Shown piece after piece: positions 8,480 through 16,770 of a stretch of 32,000 nt of DNA. The DNA comes from Vibrio alginolyticus NBRC 15630 = ATCC 17749 (GTDB taxonomy: Bacteria > Pseudomonadota > Gammaproteobacteria > Enterobacterales > Vibrionaceae), in contig NC_022359.1 of assembly GCF_000354175.2 (NCBI RefSeq), positions 720,001-752,000 on the forward strand, given 5' to 3'. Below the pieces are notes generated by a model that did no database searches, was not told the origin of the DNA, and saw nothing but the letters and a program-made list of their open reading frames with translations. Positions within the stretch are counted from its first letter, which is position 1. Every line of letters begins with the position of its first letter. The position numbers were made by a program, and so were the translations under genes.

Positions 8480-9343
8480 ATGAGTTTTATTAAAATGTGT
8501 AAAGATGGTTTTAGAGGGAAACCAGATTTTGCACACTTGTTACATAATGTATTCCAGATAGATGACTTAGTACTATCATTTGAATGTCCGAACAATATAT
8601 ATGAAGGTCATGTATACCAAGATTTTATTGAATTACAACGATTCAATATTGATTCAAAAGTAGAGCGGCATGAAAAGTTTATAAAATTGGCCACGATTTA
8701 TTTCTCTTTTCAAAATAAAATAATAAATCCACTATTACCAATCAATAAACAAGGTGGCTTATATATTCGGTTAAGGATTAAATCTTCAGATAAATATATT
8801 ACTAGTGTTAATCAACTATCTTCATTTATAGAGAACGAGTACGTGGGTTTTTATCATGCTGTAGAGTCACCTGACGGCTCTCGAAAAGGTGATCATACAG
8901 AGTTGATGAATGATGCCATTGCGTATGCAAATCATCGTTGGGGAATGGACCCGATAAACGAAGAAAAAAAGAGAGCGAAAGAAGAGTTCCTTGTAGGAGA
9001 GTTTCTTCGTGGTTACCCTCCAATCAAATGCCAAGATATCAAGATTGGTGAAAATACATTTTCAAAATATGTAGAAGGAAATTTGGAGTATAAAAAAGAC
9101 TATCGAAGAGTGTACAATTTGCCTATCAAAAATGAGTTTTACTTTAGTATTGAATTTTTATATGAAATCGAGCCTATGTTTGCTCAAAAAAAGTTTTTAG
9201 ATTGGGTAAGACACGCGGATGAAATCTTTGAAAAAAATGTTTTAGAGTTGCTAGCACTGTCTCCGCTTATTGATTCGCATACTACCTCCAAATCCGAAAG
9301 GTTGGCAAAAAAAGTTGATCCAGAGCGTTCATACTTAACTTAA
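8480..9343 (+). CDS. Hypothetical protein, no recognisable domain (AT-rich orphan gene)
   Basis: 287 aa and the only long ORF in the AT-rich segment. It has a weak SD (AAGAGA, 7 nt spacing). Composition is rich in K/N/I/F/Y, consistent with low-GC foreign DNA. I see no signal peptide or TM segment and recognise no catalytic motif. Confidence 0.6.
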   Translation: MSFIKMCKDGFRGKPDFAHLLHNVFQIDDLVLSFECPNNIYEGHVYQDFIELQRFNIDSKVERHEKFIKLATIYFSFQNKIINPLLPINKQGGLYIRLRIKSSDKYITSVNQLSSFIENEYVGFYHAVESPDGSRKGDHTELMNDAIAYANHRWGMDPINEEKKRAKEEFLVGEFLRGYPPIKCQDIKIGENTFSKYVEGNLEYKKDYRRVYNLPIKNEFYFSIEFLYEIEPMFAQKKFLDWVRHADEIFEKNVLELLALSPLIDSHTTSKSERLAKKVDPERSYLT

Positions 9344-9345
9344 AG

Positions 9346-9383
9346 AAAAAAGCCCGCGAAGAATGCTTTCACGGGCGAAAAAA
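9346..9383 (-). terminator. Minus-strand-oriented intrinsic terminator with no assigned gene
   Basis: The minus strand reads TTTTTT-C-GCCCGUGAA(AGCAUUC)UUCGCGGGC-TTTTTT. The stem is 9 bp including one G-U pair and is followed by T6 (plus coordinates 9346-9351). On the plus strand the hairpin is followed by GAAAAAA, so it is not a canonical terminator for the 287-aa gene that stops at 9343. Confidence 0.55.
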
Positions 9384-9770
9384 GGGCACCAAATTGGGTG
9401 TCTATTCATTTTGGAGGTGGTCGAACGTCCATATAAAACTGACAATAGGCTTGGTGAGAGGCTTACCACCAGCGCGACCAACGAGGCTAAAGTTAACATT
9501 GTTGTAATCATTGTTAAAATGTTAATTCTTCAATCAATGTTTTCATTATCGTGAGTTTAAATTGTGAATGTGTTGCCTACGTGTATTTTTACTCTGTGAA
9601 ATGCCGTTTTTGACAATAAGACATATTATAAATCTTGTGTTGGTTATTTGATTTGGTTATATAAAACTCAACATACTTAATCCTTAACTGTTCATATTCA
9701 CACTTAATGAGATACAATAACCCTCTGTTTGTTAAGTGATTGTGTGTTTTTTTAACGTATTGGTATCGAA

Positions 9771-9791
9771 CAAAAAGCGACCTAAGCCGCT
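9771..9791 (-). terminator. Probable terminator of the tetR-MFP-RND operon
   Basis: The minus strand reads AGCGGC-TTAG-GTCGCT followed by TTTTTG. One pair is G-U on the minus-strand RNA but an A-C mismatch on the plus strand, which supports minus-strand function. It lies 36 nt after the RND stop at 9827. Confidence 0.55.
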
Positions 9792-9826
9792 CTTGTTCAT
9801 TTTGATAAATGTACTTATCAGTCGTT

Positions 9827-12800
9827 TTAGATTTCTTCGTGTTTATGGACTAGGCCGAAGTCAGCTAAAATGGCATACGCGGCAGGGATCATAAACAACA
9901 CCAGCAGAGTGGATGCGAAAATACCAAACACGATGGATATAACCAGTGGTTGGATAACCTGTGCTTGCAAACTGGTTTCAGTCAGCAACGGAAGCAAACC
10001 TGCTGCAGTGGTCATTGATGTTAGGAATACTGCTCTAAAGCGTTCCCGACTGGCTTTGACTACCGAGTCATGCACATTATCCCCTTCATCCACATGATGG
10101 CGTATGTACTGAACTAACAGAATCGAGTCATTCACCACAATCCCTGCTAATGAGACGAAGCCCATCATACTTGGCATACTTAATGAGTGACCGAGTAGGA
10201 TGTGTCCCCATACCACGCCAATAAAAGCGAGGGGAATCGCAAGCATGACGACGAATGGTTCCAAATAACTGCGGAATTGGTAACTCAGAATCGCAAACAC
10301 GCCAAACAAACCAAGCAAGAAGCCTTTACCCATTGATGCGCCAGTTTCAGCGGTATCTTTGGCTTCACCTTCAAAATCGAAGCGAAGACCGGGATACTTT
10401 TGCATAAGCTTTGGCGCTTCATCCTGTTGGAACTGACGAATAATGGCGGTTGAGTTGGCTTTCGTATTGTCGATATCGCCGAATACGCTCACAGTCCTCA
10501 AGCCATCAATGCGCTGGATTCTTACGTAATTACGTTGGAAATCCAAAGTCGCAATGGTTGCGAGGGGGATTTGACTGCCATCGGACAAGATAATAGGAAA
10601 GTTTGCCAATTGCTGTAAGTCACCGGCTTGTGCTTTATCGAGGCGAACTTCGATTGAAATGTTTTCTACCCCAACTTGGATCTCGTCTGCGGTTTGGCCA
10701 AAGAAAGCTGCACGCAATTGATTGGCGATGAGTTGGCCGTTAATCCCGTAAGCTTCTGCGCCCGGACGCAGTTTTACCAAGACTTCTTCTTTACCCATAC
10801 GCATGTCATCCAACACGCCATGGACACCGTCAAACTCATTTAAGTATTGTTGAATGTCGATAGAGGCGGCTTTGAGCGCATCCAGTTCATCATGCTTCGC
10901 TCGAATTTCGATCGCTCGTCCACCCGGCCCCATGGTCGGTTGTTTAAATACCAGCGAGATAGGATCGGCAAGTTCACCAATGTCTTCACGCCATGCATCG
11001 ATAAATTCATCGATGAGTGTGTTACGACTCTCTGCACCCAGCAAATCCAGACGTACCGTGGCAATGTGAGGGCCAGATTCATTCGCGTCGGCGTTAGCGT
11101 TGAATTGACTGGTGATGTGTAGAACCAATGGATTGCCGTCTTCCACTTTCTCTGTCCATTCTTTATCTAGCTTTTGAGCGGAAGCGACGATCTTATCGAC
11201 GACAGCTTCCGTTTGAGACAGAGAAGAACCCGGAGGAAGAATAATACGCGTTTCTGCAATGTCGCCATCCAATTCAGGGAAGGGTTGGAACTTGAGTAAA
11301 CCACCTACTAACGTGGCCGCGGAGATAAGAAGCAAGGCAACCACGCCACCCATAAAGGCATAGCGATACTCGACCACTTTATCTACTGCGTTGACCAAGG
11401 TGGTGTTGCGGAAGTTTTCAAAAGAAGCGAGCAGCTTTTGTTTGAACTTCGGTGTTGTTCGCTCTTGCTTTTGTTTATGTAGCGAATGAGAAAGGTGGTT
11501 AGGTAGGATCAAGAAGGCTTCCACCAAACTCAAACTCAAAACGAGGATCAGAACTTGAGGAACTGCTTTAAGTACCGCACCCATTTCACCTTGCAGGAAT
11601 AACAAGCTACCAAAAATACACACCGTAGTTAGGAAGGAAGAAATTACCCCTGGCAGTACCTTTTTCACTCCTTTGATAACGGCATCATCGATCTCTTCTC
11701 CTCGGTCGAGGTGAGCGGCAATCGATTCGGCAATAACGATGGCATCATCCATCATGATACCGATGGCCATGAGTAACCCGACCAAAGACATGATGTTGAT
11801 GGACAGGCCAAGTTGCGCCATCAAAAATAACCCACCTAAGAAGGCTACGGGCAAACCAGCTGCGACCCAAAAAGAGTAGCGAAAACTAAAGAACAACCAC
11901 ATGGTGGCGAAAACCAGAATGATACCTTGCCAACCGTTTTTGACCATCATGGTCAGGCGATCCCAAAGCACAGATGAAAGGTCATTGGTCATTTGTAGCA
12001 TCACACCGTCTGGCGCGATAGCTTGTTGTTCTTCGACAAATTGAGCAACCCGTTCCTTGATACGCAGTGCGTCATCTTCTTTGTTTTTGCTGACTTTTAG
12101 TAGGGCAGAAGGGTGACCATCGAAGAGGACTTTCTGTTCGTCCAATTCAAACCGGTCGGTAATCGTCGCAATATCTCTTAGACGGATGATTGAGCCATTT
12201 GTACCAGAGCCCACGACGATAGTCTCAAGCTCTTCCGGCGTCACGCGTCGTTCGTCAAAGCGGATCAGAAAGTTCTTATCTGGCGTTTCGACATTGCCAC
12301 TTGGCAACTTGACGTTTTGACGACCAATCTGGTCCGCAATATCACCAACACTCAAACCAAGTTGTCGGATAGCTTGAGTGTCTAACTCTACTCGGTATTG
12401 GTGGTCAGAGAAGCCAGCAACTTCAACCAAAGAGACATCGTAATCGATTTTTAACGTGCGTTTAAGCTGTTCGGCATACGCTTTTAGCTCTGGCCATGTG
12501 GTATCTGCGGTGATCGCGACATCCACAACTGGCTCGTTCCAATCGAGCTCTTGGACCACAGGAGATTCAATCTCTTGTGGGAAGTCGTTTATCGAGTTGA
12601 TCTGGGTTTGAACATCAACCAACATGCGCCCAATGTCGGCTTCTTCATTCAGTTTTAAGATAAGACGCGCAGAGCCTTCTATCGCTTCACATTGCGTTTC
12701 TTCAATGTTAGCAAGGCCATCAACAGCATCTTCCATTCGGACACAGATACTCTCTTCGACTTCTTGCGGGGAAGCTCCTGGGTAAACCACACCAGCTAGG

Positions 12801-12928
12801 ATGTAGGGCGGATCAAACTCAGGAAAAGTTTCACGCTTAATCGTGGAAAGTGAAGAAATCCCCAATATCAGCAGCGTTAGCATCAGCAAGTTGGCTGCTG
12901 TTGGATGCTTGGCGAAGAATCGGATCAT
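9827..12928 (-). CDS. Efflux RND transporter permease subunit (AcrB/AcrD/AcrF superfamily), intact
   Basis: 1033 aa with an N-terminus FFAKHPTAANLLM...FPEFDPPYILAGVVYPGASPQEVEESI. It has conserved TM4-like (GIMMDDAIVIAE) and TM10-like (GIVVNDSILLV) segments and twelve predicted hydrophobic spans. Its start overlaps the MFP stop (ATGA). Confidence 0.95.
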   Translation of the reverse strand: MIRFFAKHPTAANLLMLTLLILGISSLSTIKRETFPEFDPPYILAGVVYPGASPQEVEESICVRMEDAVDGLANIEETQCEAIEGSARLILKLNEEADIGRMLVDVQTQINSINDFPQEIESPVVQELDWNEPVVDVAITADTTWPELKAYAEQLKRTLKIDYDVSLVEVAGFSDHQYRVELDTQAIRQLGLSVGDIADQIGRQNVKLPSGNVETPDKNFLIRFDERRVTPEELETIVVGSGTNGSIIRLRDIATITDRFELDEQKVLFDGHPSALLKVSKNKEDDALRIKERVAQFVEEQQAIAPDGVMLQMTNDLSSVLWDRLTMMVKNGWQGIILVFATMWLFFSFRYSFWVAAGLPVAFLGGLFLMAQLGLSINIMSLVGLLMAIGIMMDDAIVIAESIAAHLDRGEEIDDAVIKGVKKVLPGVISSFLTTVCIFGSLLFLQGEMGAVLKAVPQVLILVLSLSLVEAFLILPNHLSHSLHKQKQERTTPKFKQKLLASFENFRNTTLVNAVDKVVEYRYAFMGGVVALLLISAATLVGGLLKFQPFPELDGDIAETRIILPPGSSLSQTEAVVDKIVASAQKLDKEWTEKVEDGNPLVLHITSQFNANADANESGPHIATVRLDLLGAESRNTLIDEFIDAWREDIGELADPISLVFKQPTMGPGGRAIEIRAKHDELDALKAASIDIQQYLNEFDGVHGVLDDMRMGKEEVLVKLRPGAEAYGINGQLIANQLRAAFFGQTADEIQVGVENISIEVRLDKAQAGDLQQLANFPIILSDGSQIPLATIATLDFQRNYVRIQRIDGLRTVSVFGDIDNTKANSTAIIRQFQQDEAPKLMQKYPGLRFDFEGEAKDTAETGASMGKGFLLGLFGVFAILSYQFRSYLEPFVVMLAIPLAFIGVVWGHILLGHSLSMPSMMGFVSLAGIVVNDSILLVQYIRHHVDEGDNVHDSVVKASRERFRAVFLTSMTTAAGLLPLLTETSLQAQVIQPLVISIVFGIFASTLLVLFMIPAAYAILADFGLVHKHEEI

Positions 12929-14253
12929 GAATCAGACTCCTCAATAGTGGCTTCTGACTGTTCAGGTGACTCTTTCAATAGCATGCCGTTAATTGCGGGC
13001 AGCAAATCGTTGATGATCAGCTTCTGACCTTGCTCTAGTTCACCATCGATCACCACTTGGTTATTGCGGCGATATAACACTTCAACCGTGACGACTTGCA
13101 GACGGTTGTCATCTCCCATCAGGTAAATCTTATCGCCATGAAGCGCACGCTCTGGGATGACCCAACTCGGGTTCTCTTGTCCCTCAATCAAGGCACGCAC
13201 AAACATGCCGTTCACCAATGGAGGCGCAGACGTTGGGTTTAATGCACGGTAGTCTTGTTCAATTTCCAGAATCACACCGGCAGTCGCTTGGCTTGGATCA
13301 ACCGTTTCACTGATGCGTGCAACTTTCGCAGGCCAGCTTGCAGAGAGGTTACCGCTGCTGAGTTCAATGTTGGCATGAATCGCATTCATATCAGGTTGTG
13401 GAATACCAGATTCATCGCGGACAAACTCACCGATGCTCGCCGCCAAAGTTTGCATGTCATGAATGGATAGTTGAGCTTCCACTTCCATGACATCAATACC
13501 ATGTCCTGTCACCATGGTTTGTTGGAGGTTAACCACTTGCTTTTTCTCAATTTCTACGTCAGCAATACGCAAATCGTAAGGAAGCGTGATGATGGTTTTA
13601 TCAAGCGAGCGTTCGGCCTCATCCACTTTTGATGCATTAACTTTAACTAGGGCTTCCGCGACTCGTTTCTCATCCGGCATCAAACCAATTTGATTTTCAA
13701 TATCCAGCACTAATTTACGTTGAGAGAGCGCGCTTTGCTCTTGCTGATCTACATCCGATTGCGAGGTTAGGCCTTTTTTACGTAGGTTTTGTTTACGGTC
13801 TAACTCTTTGTTGGCGATAACCAGACGGTTGGCTTCTATCTTGAGTGTGCTTTTGAGATTCGCTTCTTCTTGGTTCAGCTTAGCCAGAGAGGTTTGAGCA
13901 GATTTGAGATCGGCTTGAGCTTGAACCAGTTTCAGTTCGTAATCGAGTGGGTCGATTCGCAAGATTTCTGTCCCTGCTTGCAACACTTGTCCTTTTTCCA
14001 GCTGCGGATGGCGGTAGACCACTTTCCCCGTCACTTCGGCTATCGCTTTCCATTCCACTTTTGGGGCGATCTTGCCAAACCCTATGGCTACTGGAGCAAT
14101 GGCTTTGAGCTCAAGTGGAATCGTCTCGACCAACCGTGCACGATCTCCAGCGGGTTTTACGGGCAAATCTGGTTTGAGGCTAATCGCCAAAAACAGAATG
14201 ACGACCCCCACCGCAAGAGCAGGAAAGAACAGCAGCTTTTTATTTATCTTCAT
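12925..14253 (-). CDS. Efflux RND transporter periplasmic adaptor subunit (MFP/HlyD family)
   Basis: 442 aa with an N-terminal anchor (LLFFPALAVGVVILFLAISL). It has a long coiled-coil region (LKLVQAQADLKSAQTSLAKLNQEEANLKSTLKIEANRLVIANKELDRKQNL...). It is translationally coupled to the RND gene and overlaps the tetR stop by 14 nt. Confidence 0.9.
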   Translation of the reverse strand: MKINKKLLFFPALAVGVVILFLAISLKPDLPVKPAGDRARLVETIPLELKAIAPVAIGFGKIAPKVEWKAIAEVTGKVVYRHPQLEKGQVLQAGTEILRIDPLDYELKLVQAQADLKSAQTSLAKLNQEEANLKSTLKIEANRLVIANKELDRKQNLRKKGLTSQSDVDQQEQSALSQRKLVLDIENQIGLMPDEKRVAEALVKVNASKVDEAERSLDKTIITLPYDLRIADVEIEKKQVVNLQQTMVTGHGIDVMEVEAQLSIHDMQTLAASIGEFVRDESGIPQPDMNAIHANIELSSGNLSASWPAKVARISETVDPSQATAGVILEIEQDYRALNPTSAPPLVNGMFVRALIEGQENPSWVIPERALHGDKIYLMGDDNRLQVVTVEVLYRRNNQVVIDGELEQGQKLIINDLLPAINGMLLKESPEQSEATIEESDS

Positions 14254-14896
14254 ATTGGTCGCCCGAGTCTAAAAATCCATGTTTCATCAGTTGTATGTTG
14301 TGTTCGAATAATCGGTTCAAGAAGGCTTCAGAAAGTTCAATGCCATGAATGGCGAGCAGTGCTGGTGGTGCCATAAAAGGAAATACCATCAAGCTGATGT
14401 AAGAGACGCGACAAAGTTGAGGGTCGGCGTCTTTTCGTAAAACGCCACTGTCGATCAACTTATCAAAGATCACACCTTGCATTGGCTTACTGATATCTGC
14501 GAAGACTTTTTCGAGCAGTTTGCGTTGGGTTTCCGATGGGGGCATATTCATAACTTGGGCAACTAAGCGTGGGAACTGTGGTACCTTGATCATTTCGCGG
14601 TAGTAGGTGCGCATTAGATCGAGAAAGTTTTGCTCGTTACTGTTGGATACCAACGTCTGCATCTGCTTTTGCATCGGTGACAGTGTTTCGCGCAACATGG
14701 TCTCGAACAAGCCTTCTTTGTTGCCAAAGTAGTAACGAATCATCGCCACGTTCACGCCTGCTTTCTGCGCGACTAGGCGAGTAGAGACCTTGTCATAAGC
14801 CATAATGGTGAAGAGTTCGCGCGCGTGGAAAATCAGTTTTTCCCTTGCGTCGATATTATCTGTGGGTCTTCCCGCCCTTCGATGCGCTTCCGTCAC
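14240..14896 (-). CDS. TetR/AcrR family transcriptional regulator (first gene of the pump operon)
   Basis: 218 aa with the N-terminal TetR HTH REKLIFHARELFTIMAYDKVSTRLVAQKAGVNVAMIRYYFGNKEGLF. It uses a GTG start at 14896 with a GAGAGAAG SD. The tetR-MFP-RND order resembles the regulator-first vexRAB type of arrangement (from memory, not checked). Confidence 0.9.
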   Translation of the reverse strand: MTEAHRRAGRPTDNIDAREKLIFHARELFTIMAYDKVSTRLVAQKAGVNVAMIRYYFGNKEGLFETMLRETLSPMQKQMQTLVSNSNEQNFLDLMRTYYREMIKVPQFPRLVAQVMNMPPSETQRKLLEKVFADISKPMQGVIFDKLIDSGVLRKDADPQLCRVSYISLMVFPFMAPPALLAIHGIELSEAFLNRLFEHNIQLMKHGFLDSGDQYEDK

Positions 14897-14922
14897 AATC
14901 TTCTCTCAAAATATTAAACATT

Positions 14923-14993
14923 TGATTAATTATAAGACGCTGATTTCTCATGCGACATGTGAAAAATTAATCAGTATTTAATCAAGTGATTAA
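14923..14993. promoter_or_regulatory. Promoter/operator region of the tetR-MFP-RND operon (TTAATCA/TGATTAA heptamer array)
   Basis: The heptamer occurs four times: TGATTAA at 14923-14929, TTAATCA at 14967-14973, and the perfect palindrome TTAATCA-AG-TGATTAA at 14978-14993. A minus-strand TATAAT (14934-14929) abuts the first heptamer, about 30 nt upstream of the GTG start. Confidence 0.5.
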
Positions 14994-15010
14994 TTTGTGA
15001 AGAAGAGAAG

Positions 15011-15038
15011 TAAAAAAGAGCAGAAAGAACTGCTCTTT
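15011..15038 (-). terminator. Rho-independent terminator of the ABC/HAD operon
   Basis: Stem AAGAGCAG (15016-15023) / CTGCTCTT (15030-15037) with a 6-nt loop. The A-run at 15012-15017 gives a T-run after the hairpin on the minus strand. It lies 51 nt downstream of the HAD stop. Confidence 0.7.
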
Positions 15039-15088
15039 GAACAAATAGAAAAGTATTTACTTAGGAAGAACGGTCTTGTGAGGCTATA

Positions 15089-15748
15089 TCACCCCCAACT
15101 TAACACACTCCAATTCGGTCTGTTGGCGTGTTCTTTTAGTTGTGGGCATGGATTTACCAGATAAGCGTAGTTCGCGTATTCACAAAGTGGTAAATCGTTG
15201 ATTGAATCGGTATAGAAATGGATTTCGGAATAAGGCTCAGGCTGATTTTCTAGCCACTGTTTTAATCGCGTGACTTTGCCTTCACGATAACTCGGGATAC
15301 CGTCGATTTCAGCAGTATAACGGTTGTTTTTCTCGATTAAATCAATTCCGAGTGCGGTTGGAATATTAAGACGGCGACCAACGGCTTCCACCAAAAAAGT
15401 GACGCTGGCAGAGATGATAACCATATCTATACCATCACGAGACAGTTGCTCAATCAGGGTTTTGGCTTGAGGGAACTGTTTAGGCAAAATATGGCTTTCA
15501 ACACATTCTTCAACCAAGGCGTTTACTTCTTCAATCGGCATGTTTTCTAGTGGCTTCATGGAGAACGCTAGGTAATCTTCCATGTCCATTTTGCCTTCAG
15601 AGTACAAGGCCATTAGACGCTGATCTTCCATAATAAATAAAGGATCAGTCGCGATGCCTCTCTCAACCATAAACTCGTTCCAAATCATTGCGCAGTCGCC
15701 GTTTATTAGGGTTTCATCCATATCAAAAACATACAAAGGTTTGGACAT
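15089..15748 (-). CDS. HAD-IB family hydrolase (phosphatase, SerB-like subfamily)
   Basis: 219 aa with motif I FDMDETLINGD (DxDxT), motif II IISAS, and motif IV YTDSINDLP. It is the last gene of the operon, starting 2 nt after the ATPase stop. Confidence 0.85.
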   Translation of the reverse strand: MSKPLYVFDMDETLINGDCAMIWNEFMVERGIATDPLFIMEDQRLMALYSEGKMDMEDYLAFSMKPLENMPIEEVNALVEECVESHILPKQFPQAKTLIEQLSRDGIDMVIISASVTFLVEAVGRRLNIPTALGIDLIEKNNRYTAEIDGIPSYREGKVTRLKQWLENQPEPYSEIHFYTDSINDLPLCEYANYAYLVNPCPQLKEHANRPNWSVLSWG

Positions 15749-15750
15749 GT

Positions 15751-16770
15751 TTAGGCTCTCACTGGTTGAATTTCGTTTAGGTTAAAGAGTAGCTCTAGTT
15801 GGCTGCCATTCGCTAGTAAGCGTTCTGAAGAGCGGTTAAGCAAGTCAACAGTGAGCTCACACTCTTCAACGTTCACTTGATAGCGAATAACATTACCTAG
15901 AAGCTGGTGGTTGGTGATCGTACCTACTTGTGGCGCTGAGATGTGGCTATCATATTGACGACCTTGCTCTTTTACATATATAGACTCTGGGCGAATCGCT
16001 ACTTTCCATTCGGTATCAATGTTGAAGAGTTGCTTGGCTTTATTGGCCTCTACAAGGTTGTAGTGCCCCATGAAACCGGCCACAAACTCGTTAGCAGGAT
16101 GAGTATAAATTTCTTCAGGTGTTCCTGCTTGAACAATTTCCCCTTTACTCATTAGGAAGATACGATCAGACATAATCATCGCCTCTTCTTGGTCATGAGT
16201 TACGAAGATAGTGGTGAGATTCATCTCTTTCTGAATGTCTCGGATTTGCTGACGAAGGTGTTTGCGTATTTTGGCATCAAGCGCAGAAAGTGGCTCATCA
16301 AGCAATAATATGCGAGGTTTCACCACCAACGCTCGAGCGAGTGCGACACGCTGGCGCTGACCGCCAGAAAGTTGATGCGGATAGTGTTTTTCTTTACCTG
16401 CCAGATCCACCAGTTTGATGACTTTAGCCACTTCACGTCGAATATCATCATTCGCAAGCTTTTTCATTTTTAAGCCAAATGCAATGTTGCCTTCGACGGT
16501 CATATTGGGAAACAGCGCATACGATTGAAAGACCATCCCAATACCACGCTCTTGCGGGACTTGATGCGTGATATCTTCTCCGTTTACCCAAATCTCGCCT
16601 CCATCGACAGGGTTAAGCCCAGCAAGGCTGCGAAGTAGTGTCGATTTACCACAACCGCTAGGGCCCAAAAGCGTAATGAATTCACCTTGCTCGATGTTAA
16701 AGTGAATATCCTCAAATACGGTGTTATCACCAAAACGTTTAGTTAGATTTTTCGCTGTTACGTAGCTCAT
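15751..16770 (-). CDS. ABC transporter ATP-binding protein (PotA/FbpC-like importer ATPase)
   Basis: Walker A GPSGCGKST, signature LSGGQRQRVALARAL and Walker B ILLLDEPLSALD are present, with a C-terminal regulatory/OB-like extension. I place the start at the ATG at 16770 (MSYVTAKNL). It has a GAGGAG SD and overlaps the permease stop (ATGA). The ORF-track start at 16806 lies inside the upstream gene. Confidence 0.9.
   Translation of the reverse strand: MSYVTAKNLTKRFGDNTVFEDIHFNIEQGEFITLLGPSGCGKSTLLRSLAGLNPVDGGEIWVNGEDITHQVPQERGIGMVFQSYALFPNMTVEGNIAFGLKMKKLANDDIRREVAKVIKLVDLAGKEKHYPHQLSGGQRQRVALARALVVKPRILLLDEPLSALDAKIRKHLRQQIRDIQKEMNLTTIFVTHDQEEAMIMSDRIFLMSKGEIVQAGTPEEIYTHPANEFVAGFMGHYNLVEANKAKQLFNIDTEWKVAIRPESIYVKEQGRQYDSHISAPQVGTITNHQLLGNVIRYQVNVEECELTVDLLNRSSERLLANGSQLELLFNLNEIQPVRA

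Noticed and set aside
9363-9554. A 63-aa plus-strand ORF downstream of the 287-aa gene.
   Set aside because: It starts inside the terminator hairpin, has no SD, and its odd composition reflects AT-rich non-coding DNA. Its antisense partner, the 58-codon minus-strand ORF at 9335-9511, is likewise unsupported as a gene. That ORF is mentioned in a finding only because of its hydrophobic N-terminus.
9870-14376. Numerous 60-170-aa ORFs antisense to or out of frame with the RND/MFP genes, for example 10847-11122, 10854-11069, 13255-13470, 13870-14376 and 14072-14272.
   Set aside because: They lie entirely inside long, well-supported genes. They have low-complexity or Arg/Ser-rich translations and no SD sequences. 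These are shadow ORFs typical of the opposite strand of real genes. The same applies to the antisense ORFs inside the PLD, mannosidase, ABC, tyrS and ppsA genes.
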